A DNA stretch of 64,000 nucleotides from assembly GCA_000708835.1 (NCBI GenBank), contig DF237153.1, positions 31,227 through 95,226 on the forward strand, written 5' to 3'. The translations under genes were made by a program, and so were the position numbers. This document shows, in pieces, positions 1-10,800 of this stretch. The DNA comes from Klebsormidium nitens (lineage: Eukaryota; Plantae; Klebsormidiophyceae). Position 1 is the first letter of the stretch. The number at the start of each line of letters is the position of its first letter. The notes below the pieces were generated by a model, which saw only the letters and a program-made list of their open reading frames with translations, was not told the DNA's origin and did no database searches.

Positions 1-1233
1 ACGCCCCTGCGTCCAACCCAAACAGTGCACTCCCCACGCACCCCCCTTGTTCCAGCGGCAGCACCCAAGGCGCGCCGTTGGTCACCTCCCGCGCGAACGA
101 ACGGCTGTCGTCAAAGGCCGTGAAGATGGCTTCTCCATTCTGCCACCAGCCGCTCATGGAACGGGTCTCCTCCAGGAACGCCATATCATGATCACGGCAC
201 CCCCTCCGGCCGCAGAGGCACCGAAAGCTGCCCATGTGGTCGACCTTGACGAGCCGTGGGACGTTAGTGAGGCCCCGTTCCGTCGCGGAGACTTCCAGAA
301 GGCGGCCACTAGAGGCGTCGAGCAGGGCACAAGAAAGAGGCCGGGAGCAACAGCAATCGGGGGGATCTTGCTCCGACGGAGTTCCGACAGGACCGCCAGC
401 GTGCCGAGCTCCCGTGGACTTGGCCCCTCCTCGAGCGTTCTCTTGACACCCCGCCTCGAAAGGGCGGCCGCCTTGGACTCGCGGCAGTACGGACACGAGG
501 CGAGGTCCCTCCTCTGGACGAAGAACTGGTAGCCGCCCTCGCTCGCCTCCTCCCCTGACCGTACCTCTCGAAGCTCCTTCGTACCAGGGAAGGCTTCGTA
601 CTTGGTGAAGAGCTCCTCCTGAGGAACAGGGCACCCGCTCGCGCTCGAGACAAAGGGGCGTCCAACTTCATACTCGGCATTCACGCACCGCAGGCACAGA
701 AGGTGCCTTCCTCCGCCCCGGCAAATGAGTGCCCCGCCCCGATTTCGTTTCCTCTCCCAGATGAAAGGATTGCACCCTCGAGCGTAGACGGCCCCCTTTC
801 CGCCACAGGTGCGCCCAAGGCACGTCGAGCCGAAACCGCCCCGTGCAAAAGCTCCGGCAGGCCGCAGGCTGAAAGCGAGCCCGTAATCAAACGCAAAGTC
901 GACGGCCCCTCGCTTGGCCGCATAGGAAGCGTGCCCTCCCCTCACGCCCCCAGCATTTGGCAGGGGCGGGACGGCAGCCGGGACGCTCTTGATGTCGCTG
1001 AAGAGCGGGGCCGGGCCCTCGAAGTGGACCGCTGCGCAGCTCCTGACGGTTTGACCGGCCTTCAGGAACTCGTGTAGACGCTCTGAGGCTGCTGGCGTGG
1101 TCGAGGCAAGTAGAATGCTGCTCGTAGCTTCTGATGGTTTTGCAAGGTCCATCCTGATTGACAGAGAAACGGGAGAATCTGACGGTTGAAACACCTGGCA
1201 GTTTTCGATCTCCCTAAGTCTAAACACACCCAA
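1..1233 (-). CDS. Partial gene (runs off the left edge) encoding an unknown Cys/His-rich protein
   Basis: ORF 1233..154 contains C-x5-H-x2-C-x2-C (CRGGGRHLLCLRC) and CPYCR. A second minus frame is open from ~665 to base 1 and reads ...LVKVDHMGSFRCLCGRRGCRDHDMAFLEETRSMSGWWQNGEAIF. A candidate acceptor (pyrimidine tract + TAG) lies at 309-311. Exon structure is unresolved. Confidence 0.4.
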
Positions 1234-1364
1234 TTTGATTGCACAGTTGTGAGTAGGATAGCTTCCTCAATCCCTAAGTATGTTTGACCCATTCAGAGCC
1301 TCTTGCAGAAGTCCTCTGCGGCTCCGGTGTCTAGGGTCACGAACAATCCGTTCCCACGGCGTGC

Positions 1365-1520
1365 TTGATGGACCCGGCATACCCACAAAGATGTACCAAA
1401 AAACGCCCAATAGATTCTTATATGTAATACGTCTTTTCTTGGTACAGGGTGATTTTTGTGCCCGACGGCTGGATTTCCGTTTCAAGGGGCGAGTCCGGCC
1501 ATGCCCTGCAACATGCACAA
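1365..1520. repeat. Isolated copy of the ~120-bp satellite unit
   Basis: cccggcatacccacaaagatgtaccaaaaaacgcccaatagattctt...ttcttggtaca...aaggggcgagtccggccatgccctgca matches the units at 3028-3690. Confidence 0.85.
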
Positions 1521-1695
1521 AAGAACGTTGCGCGATGGATGTCTGCCAGCAGCGGTATCGCGCTTGAGGCGCTTGATCTAACTCGGAGTTCACAAGCTTA
1601 AGGCAAATGCATGAGTCTAAAAGGTCATCTGGACGGATGGAACAAGGCAAGTCGCCGAAATCAACGTGTCGCTTTCTGCCACTGCCTCTCTGTAG

Positions 1696-2036
1696 AAATC
1701 TGTTTGGCATCGACCGCAAAAGCGACCTGGACAAGGACGACTATCTGAAGAGGTGCCGATTCGTGTCGGGTGTTGTCATGGGAAGCGGCTGGGATTTGAA
1801 GCATCACATAGACCTGCTCGCGTTTAATCAGACCTTTTGGCCCCACTGGCAGGCTTTACATGCAGAATTCCAAAAGAGCGGGGGTTTCGAAGACCCCGAG
1901 TGGCCCATCTACAACCTCAACGACAACACGCTCTGCTTCGAAAGGTTCAAGAACAACGGAGAACCGATTCAAAGAATGGAGACATCAAAGACCTTCTACA
2001 AGCCAGGCCGGGCGCAGATGCTTGGCAAGGACGCGC
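1696..2036 (+). CDS. Orphan internal exon of an unidentified gene
   Basis: Acceptor ctctctgtag ends at 1695 and donor gtaagg starts at 2037. The open frame reads NLFGIDRKSDLDKDDYLKRCRFVSGVVMGSGWDLKHHIDLLAFNQTFWPHW... No partner exons were identified; an N gap is nearby. Confidence 0.4.
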
Positions 2037-2454
2037 GTAAGGGGAGTTCGGGGAGTCCAGCTAACGTTGTTTAGATGCTCACGTTATCAGAGAAGACAAG
2101 TCCGAGTCGTCATTCCGGACGGCATAGACTTAAAGATCTGGACATGTGAAATATGAGGCCGGCTCGAAACTTATCATGGCAAAATTGCTGGTCGCTGAAA
2201 GGATTCACGTTCTTGTGCGATACACCAACGTGTCATGAAGAAACTACCCAAACACATGCGCCAGACAATCAACGCACAATGAACATGCATCAGATTGTCT
2301 GCATGCACTGGAGGCATTAAAGGCCCTGCATGAGCATCCGAACCTCCAACAGGCTTTGATTGATCTGATGGGTCCGAAGCTGACGGTACTCACTTTTACT
2401 TCTTCAACGTGGGGCCGATCGCTGGCGGCTGTGTCTTGCAGCTGAGTGTTGATG

Positions 2455-3695
2455 CGTCATGGGACGGGCCGCCCAGCCATACCCTGCAAGGTGGTGACCA
2501 GAAGGNNNNNNNNNNNNNNNNNNNNNNNNNNNNNNNNNNNNNNNNNNNNNNNNNNNNNNNNNNNNNNNNNNNNNNNNNNNNNNNNNNNNNNNNNNNNNNN
2601 NNNNNNNNNNNNNNNNNNNNNNNNNNNNNNNNNNNNNNNNNNNNNNNNNNNNNNNNNNNNNNNNNNNNNNNNNNNNNNNNNNNNNNNNNNNNNNNNNNNN
2701 NNNNNNNNNNNNNNNNNNNNNNNNNNNNNNNNNNNNNNNNNNNNNNNNNNNNNNNNNNNNNNNNNNNNNNNNNNNNNNNNNNNNNNNNNNNNNNNNNNNN
2801 NNNNNNNNNNNNNNNNNNNNNNNNNNNNNNNNNNNNNNNNNNNNNNNNNNNNNNNNNNNNNNNNNNNNNNNNNNNNNNNNNNNNNNNNNNNNNNNNNNNN
2901 NNNNNNNNNNNNNNNNNNNNNNNNNNNNNNNNNNNNNNNNNNNNAGATTCTTAAGAATGAATACATCTTTTCTTAGTACAGCCCCATCGTGTGCCGGATG
3001 GTCGAATCCCCTGCGCTTGATGGGCCAGCCCGGCCATACCCCCAAAGATGTACCAGGAAACGCCCATTAGTTTCTTAGAAAGTAATATAGCATTTCGTGG
3101 TACACTCGACTTCTGCGCTGGATTTTTGGGATCCAGTTTTAAGGGGCGAGCCCGGCCATACCCCCAAAGATGTACCAGAAAACGCCCAATAGATTCTTAG
3201 AAAGGAATTCAGCATTTCGTGGTACACTCGACGTGTGCGCCAATAGCTAGTAGAATCTTAAATGCCGATGGTGCGCTGGATAGCTCGCATTCCGTTCGAG
3301 GGGCTGCAAGCCCAGCCATGCTCTATAGGATGTACCAAAAAACGCCCAATAGATTCTTTAGAAAGTAATGCAGCATTTCTTGGTACACCCCGATTGTGCA
3401 ATGGATGGCTGGCATTCCGACGCTTGAGGGGCTGCAACTTGCCCACCCATGCCTTACAGTATGAACCAAAGAACGCCCAATAGATTCATCAGTCCTGACT
3501 GTGCGCTGGATGGCCGGAATTCCTTTGAGGGGCTGCAAGCCCGGCCATGCCCTGCGGGATGTACCAGGAAATGCCCATTAGATTCTTTAAAAGTAACACA
3601 TGGTTTCTTGGTACATTCGGATCTGCGCTGGATGGCTAGCATCAGCACACGCTTAAGGGGCTGCAAGGCCGGCCATGCCTTGCAGGATGCATCTC
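2455..3695. repeat. Degenerate tandem repeat (~100-160 bp units) with an internal inverted repeat, partly collapsed into the N gap
   Basis: Unit starts (gcccggccat-like) at ~3028, 3150, 3310, 3441, 3539 and 3667. Shared motifs are gatgtaccaRRaaacgcccaatagattc and tttcKtggtaca. A partial unit precedes the gap at ~2465-2505. Confidence 0.9.
2506..2944. other. Assembly gap (N run)
   Basis: Run of n, flanked on both sides by satellite units. Confidence 1.
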
Positions 3696-4525
3696 CACTT
3701 TGCTTCGGTACTGATAACTCGATCGATAACACCAAGTACAACCCGGCTGACAGACTGACAGCTTATAACTCCTACAGCCATACAGCTCGACTCTCCAAGT
3801 GAAAGCGACAAGTTGATCGAAAGCAAAACCAATGCCGCATTGCTTACCTCTTGCTCGAAAAAAGACACGCTTACTTCCGCCTTCCAGCTCGCTGTGGCCG
3901 GGCCGCACAAATGCAGCCCTCCGCGGCCACGAGTCAGCCAGTTGCCAGTGGCAAGTACAAGCCCATACTGACTGCAACTCCGACTTGGCGGCGCATAGCT
4001 TATGGGTGTCAGGGCCGAACCGGGCACTTTCTGTGCATTTCAGCCGAATCACAGATCGACGGCGCTCGGATAAACCCTGGCCATCGGACGGCGATGAGAG
4101 TTGGGTGGAATTTGAGACTCGCGCCGCGCCCCCAGTTTCGGATGAGCTGGCGAGTCGCGGCCGGCCGCGTCCGTCCGACGCGCGGCCGCGACGAACGTAC
4201 TGTTCGTTCCGTCCGCGTCTCCTTGCATTCCGCTCAAATCTAAGTCAGACTCAGACTCGGACTCCAGTGACTTAGACTCAGAGCTCTGCTTGCCGATTCT
4301 CAGCTGCAAATTGAAGAAAGGAAAATTGAAACCAATGCAGCAGCTAGGACCCTATGCAATTGCGCCTCCTGACAGTGAAAGCGCAGCATTGACGGTGTCC
4401 TGTGCCAGTATCCCCTCAGACAGTGGTCCATCGGGGCTTTTGTGGTGGAAATATGAGTCCAAGCACCACCACACCATACCGCCAACACTGGTCAAGTTGC
4501 AGGGATTTGTTTTCCTGATGCCACA

Positions 4526-5718
4526 ATGAAGGGTGCTGAAATGCATTGGGGAAGGCCTTTTCTGTCCATCAACAGTCTCCCTGATGCAGTTCTTGTCCAT
4601 ATACTCTCCCAGGCACCCAAACTTCAGGACTTTTACAATTTTCGAAGGGTTTGTAGGAGCTGGCGCGTGTTGTCCTCCCAGATTGAATGCCTTCATTTCA
4701 AGCGGCTGAATGGGAGCAAGTGGGCCAACACCACTCCCTTGTTGAAGCAGCTGCCAGCACTCAAAGAGCTGCATTGGGGGTCAGCAATTGAGCCCGAGCT
4801 TTCTGATCTGAGCAAGAACCTCGTCAATCTGCAGATCCTTTCGATGTGGAGGTTGACAGGGGAATCGCTGACGAGGCCTGAGTGGGCGTTTCAGCGGCTT
4901 GTCTCGTTGACAGTTACGGTTTTGAGAATGACGGTGGAAGAGTTAGAGACTCTGCTCAAACGGTGTCCAGTCTTGGAGGACCTCTCCATCGGTCGTTCCA
5001 TTCTGCAGAAATGATGGAGCAGAATGGCGGATTGGAGGTTGCTTCACCATCATTGAAGAGGTTGGCAATGGAGACCAATGGTGTCCAGAACCTGTTTCAT
5101 GCAAAGATAAGGGCGCCTGAGCTGAGGGAGTTGTCCCTTCCCTCCTTCAAAAGCATTCACCTCAAGGAACATCAACTTCAGAAGCTTACCCTTTCCACAG
5201 ACGGCGTCAACATGCCTTACAAAGACCGCCTGTCTCTTGAAAACATTCGTGGCCTTGTAGTCAAGGTGCATCGAACCCCGCAAATGGACTGGGACGCTGC
5301 CTTGAAGAATACCATCGACCACTTTCCATCACTCAGCAGTCTCGTCTTCGAGTACAGTGGCAGTTCTGAGTGCTGGCCTGAGCAGCAGATGGTTCCCGTG
5401 ACACGATTTGCTACCATGCTCATGAATCTGACAAGCCTCACTTTGATAGCACCAATGCTAGTGATTCTGCGAGTGATTTCTCCACCTAGGTGCACGGAAT
5501 CCGGGCACAGACTCCCTAGACTTGTCAGACTAGAGTGCGGCGTTCCGCACCCAATGACGGATAGTTGCTTCAACGCCTTGGAGTGGCTGTTGATAAATGC
5601 CCCGTTGCTCAGAATTCTGGTTCTGAAAGCAAGGAGCAACTTGCTCGGGAAGGCAACTTTGACCAGAGTTCTTGCGCTCCAAAGAGAACACCCTCTACTC
5701 AACATCAGCTTCCAATGA
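4526..5718 (+). pseudogene. Intronless F-box/LRR protein gene split by one frame change (pseudogene, sequencing error or recoded gene)
   Basis: F-box motif INSLPDAVLVHILSQ...FRRVCRSWR in ORF 4526..5014, followed by LRR-like repeats (LPALKELHWG, LVNLQILSMW, CPVLEDLSI). These continue in another frame (SPSLKRLAM, APELRELSL, FPSLSSLVF, APLLRILVL) to the stop at 5718. Confidence 0.8.
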
Positions 5719-7825
5719 TAGGCTCTAAGGTAAGGAGATCAGATTCGCAACATTTCAGCACCCTAGCTTATATTTTGCGCATTCATGGTCTTGACACAGT
5801 TGTTGCAACAAGAGATGGAGAGGTCGGTTGACTGCGTATTTTTTGCTTTCTAACCGTGCTCCAATCCGATTGTTTCGCATGTTGCGGAAGAGAGATGCAG
5901 CCAGAGGCACCTGTTTGGGTAGGTTTTCCTTCGCGGGTGTACTGCCCGGTTTCGCAAGATGATGTCGCAGTTTGACCTCAGAACGAGGTAGTAAGTGCGC
6001 TTCCAGAGCTTTACACCCAAAGAAGGTTAGGTGCTTCAAGTGTACCTTTTGGCCCTCCAAACACTGAAAGCAAATCACTGACTACGGGGGTTGTTTTTGC
6101 AGGAGAGAATGTTCTCGGAGGCTGAGTACGCATTGTGCCATCGCATGACGCGCTAAACTGCCACACTTATCACCAATACGACTGCACGACCATTTGGCTC
6201 AGGAGTCAGGCTACACTTCTAGCTTCTTTCGCAACCTGTTGCTCAACTATGGTAATCAGGAACGACAGGCCCTCAATTCGCTATAACAGCTATGGCCCTC
6301 TTGTCACTGAACTTTGAGTCGCACCAGGCACATCTTACTTTTTCTGAACTGCATCAGACGCTTTAAAATTGGTCACTGGGCGCCGCAGTCTAATTGAATT
6401 GGTATAGATCATGCATGTACATATGTGCATCTTCATTTCAAGCCAAGATTACATGAAGATCGAGTTGCAATGAATCGAACATACCAACGGGCGGCCTGCG
6501 CTATAGTATCATAGAATAGGCTCTAGAGCTGCAGCCTGCCATATGTTCATGCGCGCGCGCACGGTTGCATATGATACCATGGCCAAATTTTTCCATCTAA
6601 CGACACGTATGGGCATGCTGGCGACCGTATATAGCTGTGACGCGCCACCTTGCCACGTACCCGCTGCCCGAGGCACCGAGGGCCCCTAGCAAATTCCAAT
6701 TACGAAATCCTTAGTACTTTCAACCGTCCAGATCAAATGATTTATAAAATTTCCTGGCAAGTCCATGCTCGAACGTACGTAGGATCGATATCCATGAAGC
6801 ACAACTAGCTAGATATGTTGACATTGACCTGCATGTTGCTGTGGTCAACACCGCGCGGCCTGCATTCAAGGCCATGAGGTGTGCATCATGATAGATGAAT
6901 GTTCACTGCACTCAAATGAACGTACGCTGGCCCTGCTATCGACTTGCAACTTGGAGGTGTTTTGGCGATCGTCATGGGAGATGCAATGCGCGAGCTTACC
7001 AAACCCGACCCGCCTCTCAGGCCGAATCGCGAATGTGACTGACCCTTGAAGAGCTTCTAGAAGGCCATATCGGCTTTAGCTTGTTCAACATCAGCATTGA
7101 TCGTCGACAAGGCTACACTCCGCTTCTCAACAATGCAGGGGTAAACCAGCTCTACCGCACATGTGCAGTGAAAATATTCCCGTGTTGCTCTCCAAACATT
7201 GCCAGACCTTGTATTATGCACAACGTGCAACTCCACGGGGAGACAACCGTTCCTGCAGATTGCTCTTTAGGAACTCTTTGATGTGTGCCTATGCACACGC
7301 TCTACGAGTCAATTATCTACTACCTCGGGTGCGGCACCCAACCGTGCAACCCCGCCTGTCCTGCCGTTAATTGTTCTAACTTTTGTACAATCATCCGTAA
7401 CCTTTGTATACAGGTTCGAAGGCTCGTTGCAAGCATTAATAGGTACCGAACTGGGCACCCATGCACAACGACCCTCGTTATAGACTCAGCTTGTCCCGCG
7501 AGAGGGGCCGGGTCGGCTTCTCTGAAAAGTTGCCTAACGTGCAGCCTGAACATATCACCACAGGCAACCCCGGTCTCTCTTCATACAGCTGTCCTTCCCC
7601 GCAGTCCGGAATGAGCCCTTCGACTCACGTCCACTTCTCCCTGCAAGGTTCTGGTCTCCAATCACGAACCAGTCAACGCTCAACTAATCATTATCAGAGG
7701 AGAGTGCCTCATCAGAGGAGAGTGCCTCCTCCTCGCACCCATCTTCGAAGGTGGTATCCCTTTGTACCAGATCAGCTCAAGATGCTGCTCAGAAATATCT
7801 ACAACTCGTTGTTTGGATGTGAACC

Positions 7826-10800
7826 TTAGCCTCCCCGACTCCTTGCGCCTGCCCCGGTAAACCCCCGGGACATGGACCGCCGGTTGCCCTCCTGCCATTC
7901 TTTGATCGCGCTCCGGATAATCAGGTTCGGCGTGAGAAGCAGGTTTGTCACAGGCACATTGGTGAGCGGCGACGTGCGCTTGCGCTGGAACCACCGCGCG
8001 ATCTCGGCCCGCTCGTACGTGTTGCCGTCGGCAGCCACGACGGGATCTTCCATGATGTCCTGCACGCGCGCACCGTACTTAGGGGTTAGGCTAGGTTAGG
8101 AGTCAGGTTAGAAGTTAGGTTAGGTTAGGTTTCAACGATGAAACTTCTTAGAAAGAAGTCTCGGGTCGGCCCTCCCTCTTAGCCCAGGGAGACGGAAAGT
8201 CCTCTCGTTGTCTTGGGGGCTGACGGGCTTTTGCCCCAAACTAAAGAACACAATCTGCATTATGAAGTACGAAGACCTTGGATGTGAAGTCACAAGATTC
8301 GTTGGTCGCAGAAATCAAAAACGAATTTTGGCAGTTCGATTTCTGCAGTCAAGGAAAAGTCAAGCTTCTCGAAGCTTTTCTCCCGGGGAAAGGCAAGAGG
8401 AGTCGAGAAGCGATTGACGTGCCATGCGACTGGTGACAGCCGGCAGCGCCAGCCCCCTTTGCAGTGTTAAGGAAACCAACTCGAGCAGCACAATTAGAAC
8501 TCGATTCCACGTAGGGGAAAAGCCAAACCAAACTGAACTTCTGTCGGCCGTCCTTCACTCCCAACTCAAAAAATGTTCTTCAAAGAAGCTCCGCCGGCTG
8601 AACGAATCCAAGAAATAGCTGAAGACCATAAAATTCCGGACCCGTGAAAACGCCACTGAATCTGGTGAACAACCCCGGTTTCACATGTTGCTCCGAACCG
8701 TTCGCAAAAGTAGATCTTGGAAAGGTTTGCGGGGACTTACATGGCTGATGGGGCACAAGAAAATGCTGGGCACAACGTCCTCTTCCCCGGTCGCTTCTGG
8801 AGTCGCCCCCTGGTTGAGCCCCTGGCTGGCCTCCCGGGCGGCCGCTTCCATGGCCAGGGTACGCGCCGCCTCTAGTACCGGCAGAACCTCTTTCTCCAGG
8901 TCGGGCCGGTCGCGGCGCCGGATCTCGGCGCACTTGAGGCCCAGGTTGGCGATCTGCAGAGTGGGAAATGTTGTGGGTGGTCGCCGGTTGGACGGCGGTT
9001 GAGGACGGATTGAAACGAGTCGGGTAATATCGCATTAAAGAACCGCCGGGAACCTTTGACAAATTCCAGAACTCTTTTGAGGGTTTAGGACATGCGACAT
9101 CGGATTGATTGTTGAGGCAGGAGCGGCGACTTGCAGAACGCCAAACCCGGATTTCACAGGGTATCAGCAAGTTCCTAACCCGCCGACTCGACTTTAATCA
9201 GGCGGCGGCAAAACAACTGAAAAGACTGCAGAGAGATTGGTACAGCTGCTGCGGCAATGACAGGCCCTCCGAAAGCAGAAAGCGCGCGATAGATAATCAA
9301 CCCGAAAACAGTGAAACTTCTTCCCATCACTCACCCCCGTCACTACGCACAGGTTTCGATACCCAGGCGATCGCATCTAAAGAAACGACTCACCTTGGTC
9401 GCCACCTCTTCCGGCCAGCTCCCCGCCGTTTGGTCGACGACTGGCAGGACGTTTCCTTCGTCAAGGGCGTCCTCGACGGCGCCCACGATTCCTAGGGGCG
9501 GCCGGTTGGTGAGGAGCTGGAGGAGGCATATGCCGAACGCGTAGACGTCGCTCTTCTGGTTGAACGTGCCTTTCTGCTGGTACTCTGCGGCAAAGGAAAA
9601 GGGAGTGAATGTGGGTTCCCGGGGCGAGAAGCGAAGGCGAGCAGATTTTCAACTTTGATGCGGAATGGTTGAGAAAGCCACCTTCGCCAGTCTTACCCCG
9701 ATGGTTGCGTTTCCTCATCAAAACGGCTGCATTGTCGGACAGACTCGTTATCACGGAATTCACCAATGCCTTCCATAGCAACTCACCATGGACTGGTTTC
9801 TGCTGGCGCTACACTTACATTCGAGAACAATACACACGAAGGCAGATGGACAATGTAACTCTTCGAACCGAGTCCAGATGCGGACAGCAAAAGCACCTGC
9901 TTCCATCCGACAAGCATGTACAGACCTCACGACAGACCCGGATGCGCAGGAACCGTACCTGGATCTATATACATGGGGGTCCCTTGTGGGCTGGAGTCGA
10001 AAATTGACGTCTGCGCCTGCCTGCCTCCACCACGCCGCCGCGTCATGCCCGTGAACGTCGCGGTCGCGAGCTCGGGTGCCACGCTGGCAATGCCGACGTC
10101 ACCCAGCTTGGAGGTCAGGTTCTGGTCGAGCAGGATGTTGGAGGGTTTCAGGTCCTTGTGGATGATGCTGGGGCGGGAAGTGTGCATGTACAGGAGGGCG
10201 ACCGCGACCTGCAACGAGAAGGAGGTTGGGTTAAAAGCGGTCAGGGGAAGGTTAGAGGTAGTTTAGAGGTTTTATTGGACGGGTTAGACCAGCAAGTTCA
10301 ATGAGCTGGGTGCCTCCATTGAAGGATGGGTCGAATATTCGCGCTTGAGTTTCAAGACTTGGTTGGTCAAAAGTGGCTGTTAAGTATCTGTAAATTGACC
10401 TCCGGCAACGTCTTTGGTTCTCGAACTCTGCGAGCCCTGCACGTCTTTCCCCAATGTAGAACCTAACTAGACAACAATTGACGAGCTTCCGCTATATTGT
10501 TCATGGACAGCAGACGAATACGTAGGGCCTCACCTCGAAGGCGATCCTGATCCTGGTGAACCAGGGCAGCGCCGCCGAGTCGCCCTTCCTGGCGAGGCGG
10601 TCTTCCAGCGACCCGTTGGCGCAGTACTCGTAGACGAGGCAGCCGCGCTCGGGGCAGCAGCCCATGAGCATCACGATGTGCGGGTGGCGCAGGCCGCTCA
10701 AAATCTCCACCTCGCGCTTGAACTCGTCGGGCCCCTGCGAAAGAGAGTAAGGAACCGTCATTAAGTCACCTAAGACCGCATGAAAAAGCGCTTGAGAGAG

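Noticed and set aside
2404-3045. ORFs of 169-213 aa in the track
   Set aside because: They are artefacts of translating through the N gap; the same applies to ORFs spanning 41247-41438.
3020-3695. CRISPR-like array
   Set aside because: The whole unit is repeated with divergence, there are no unique spacers, no cas genes are present, and the context is eukaryotic.
4150-4282. GC-rich hairpin and (AGACTC)n run upstream of the F-box gene
   Set aside because: Short, expected in GC-rich promoter DNA, and no RNA-gene signature.
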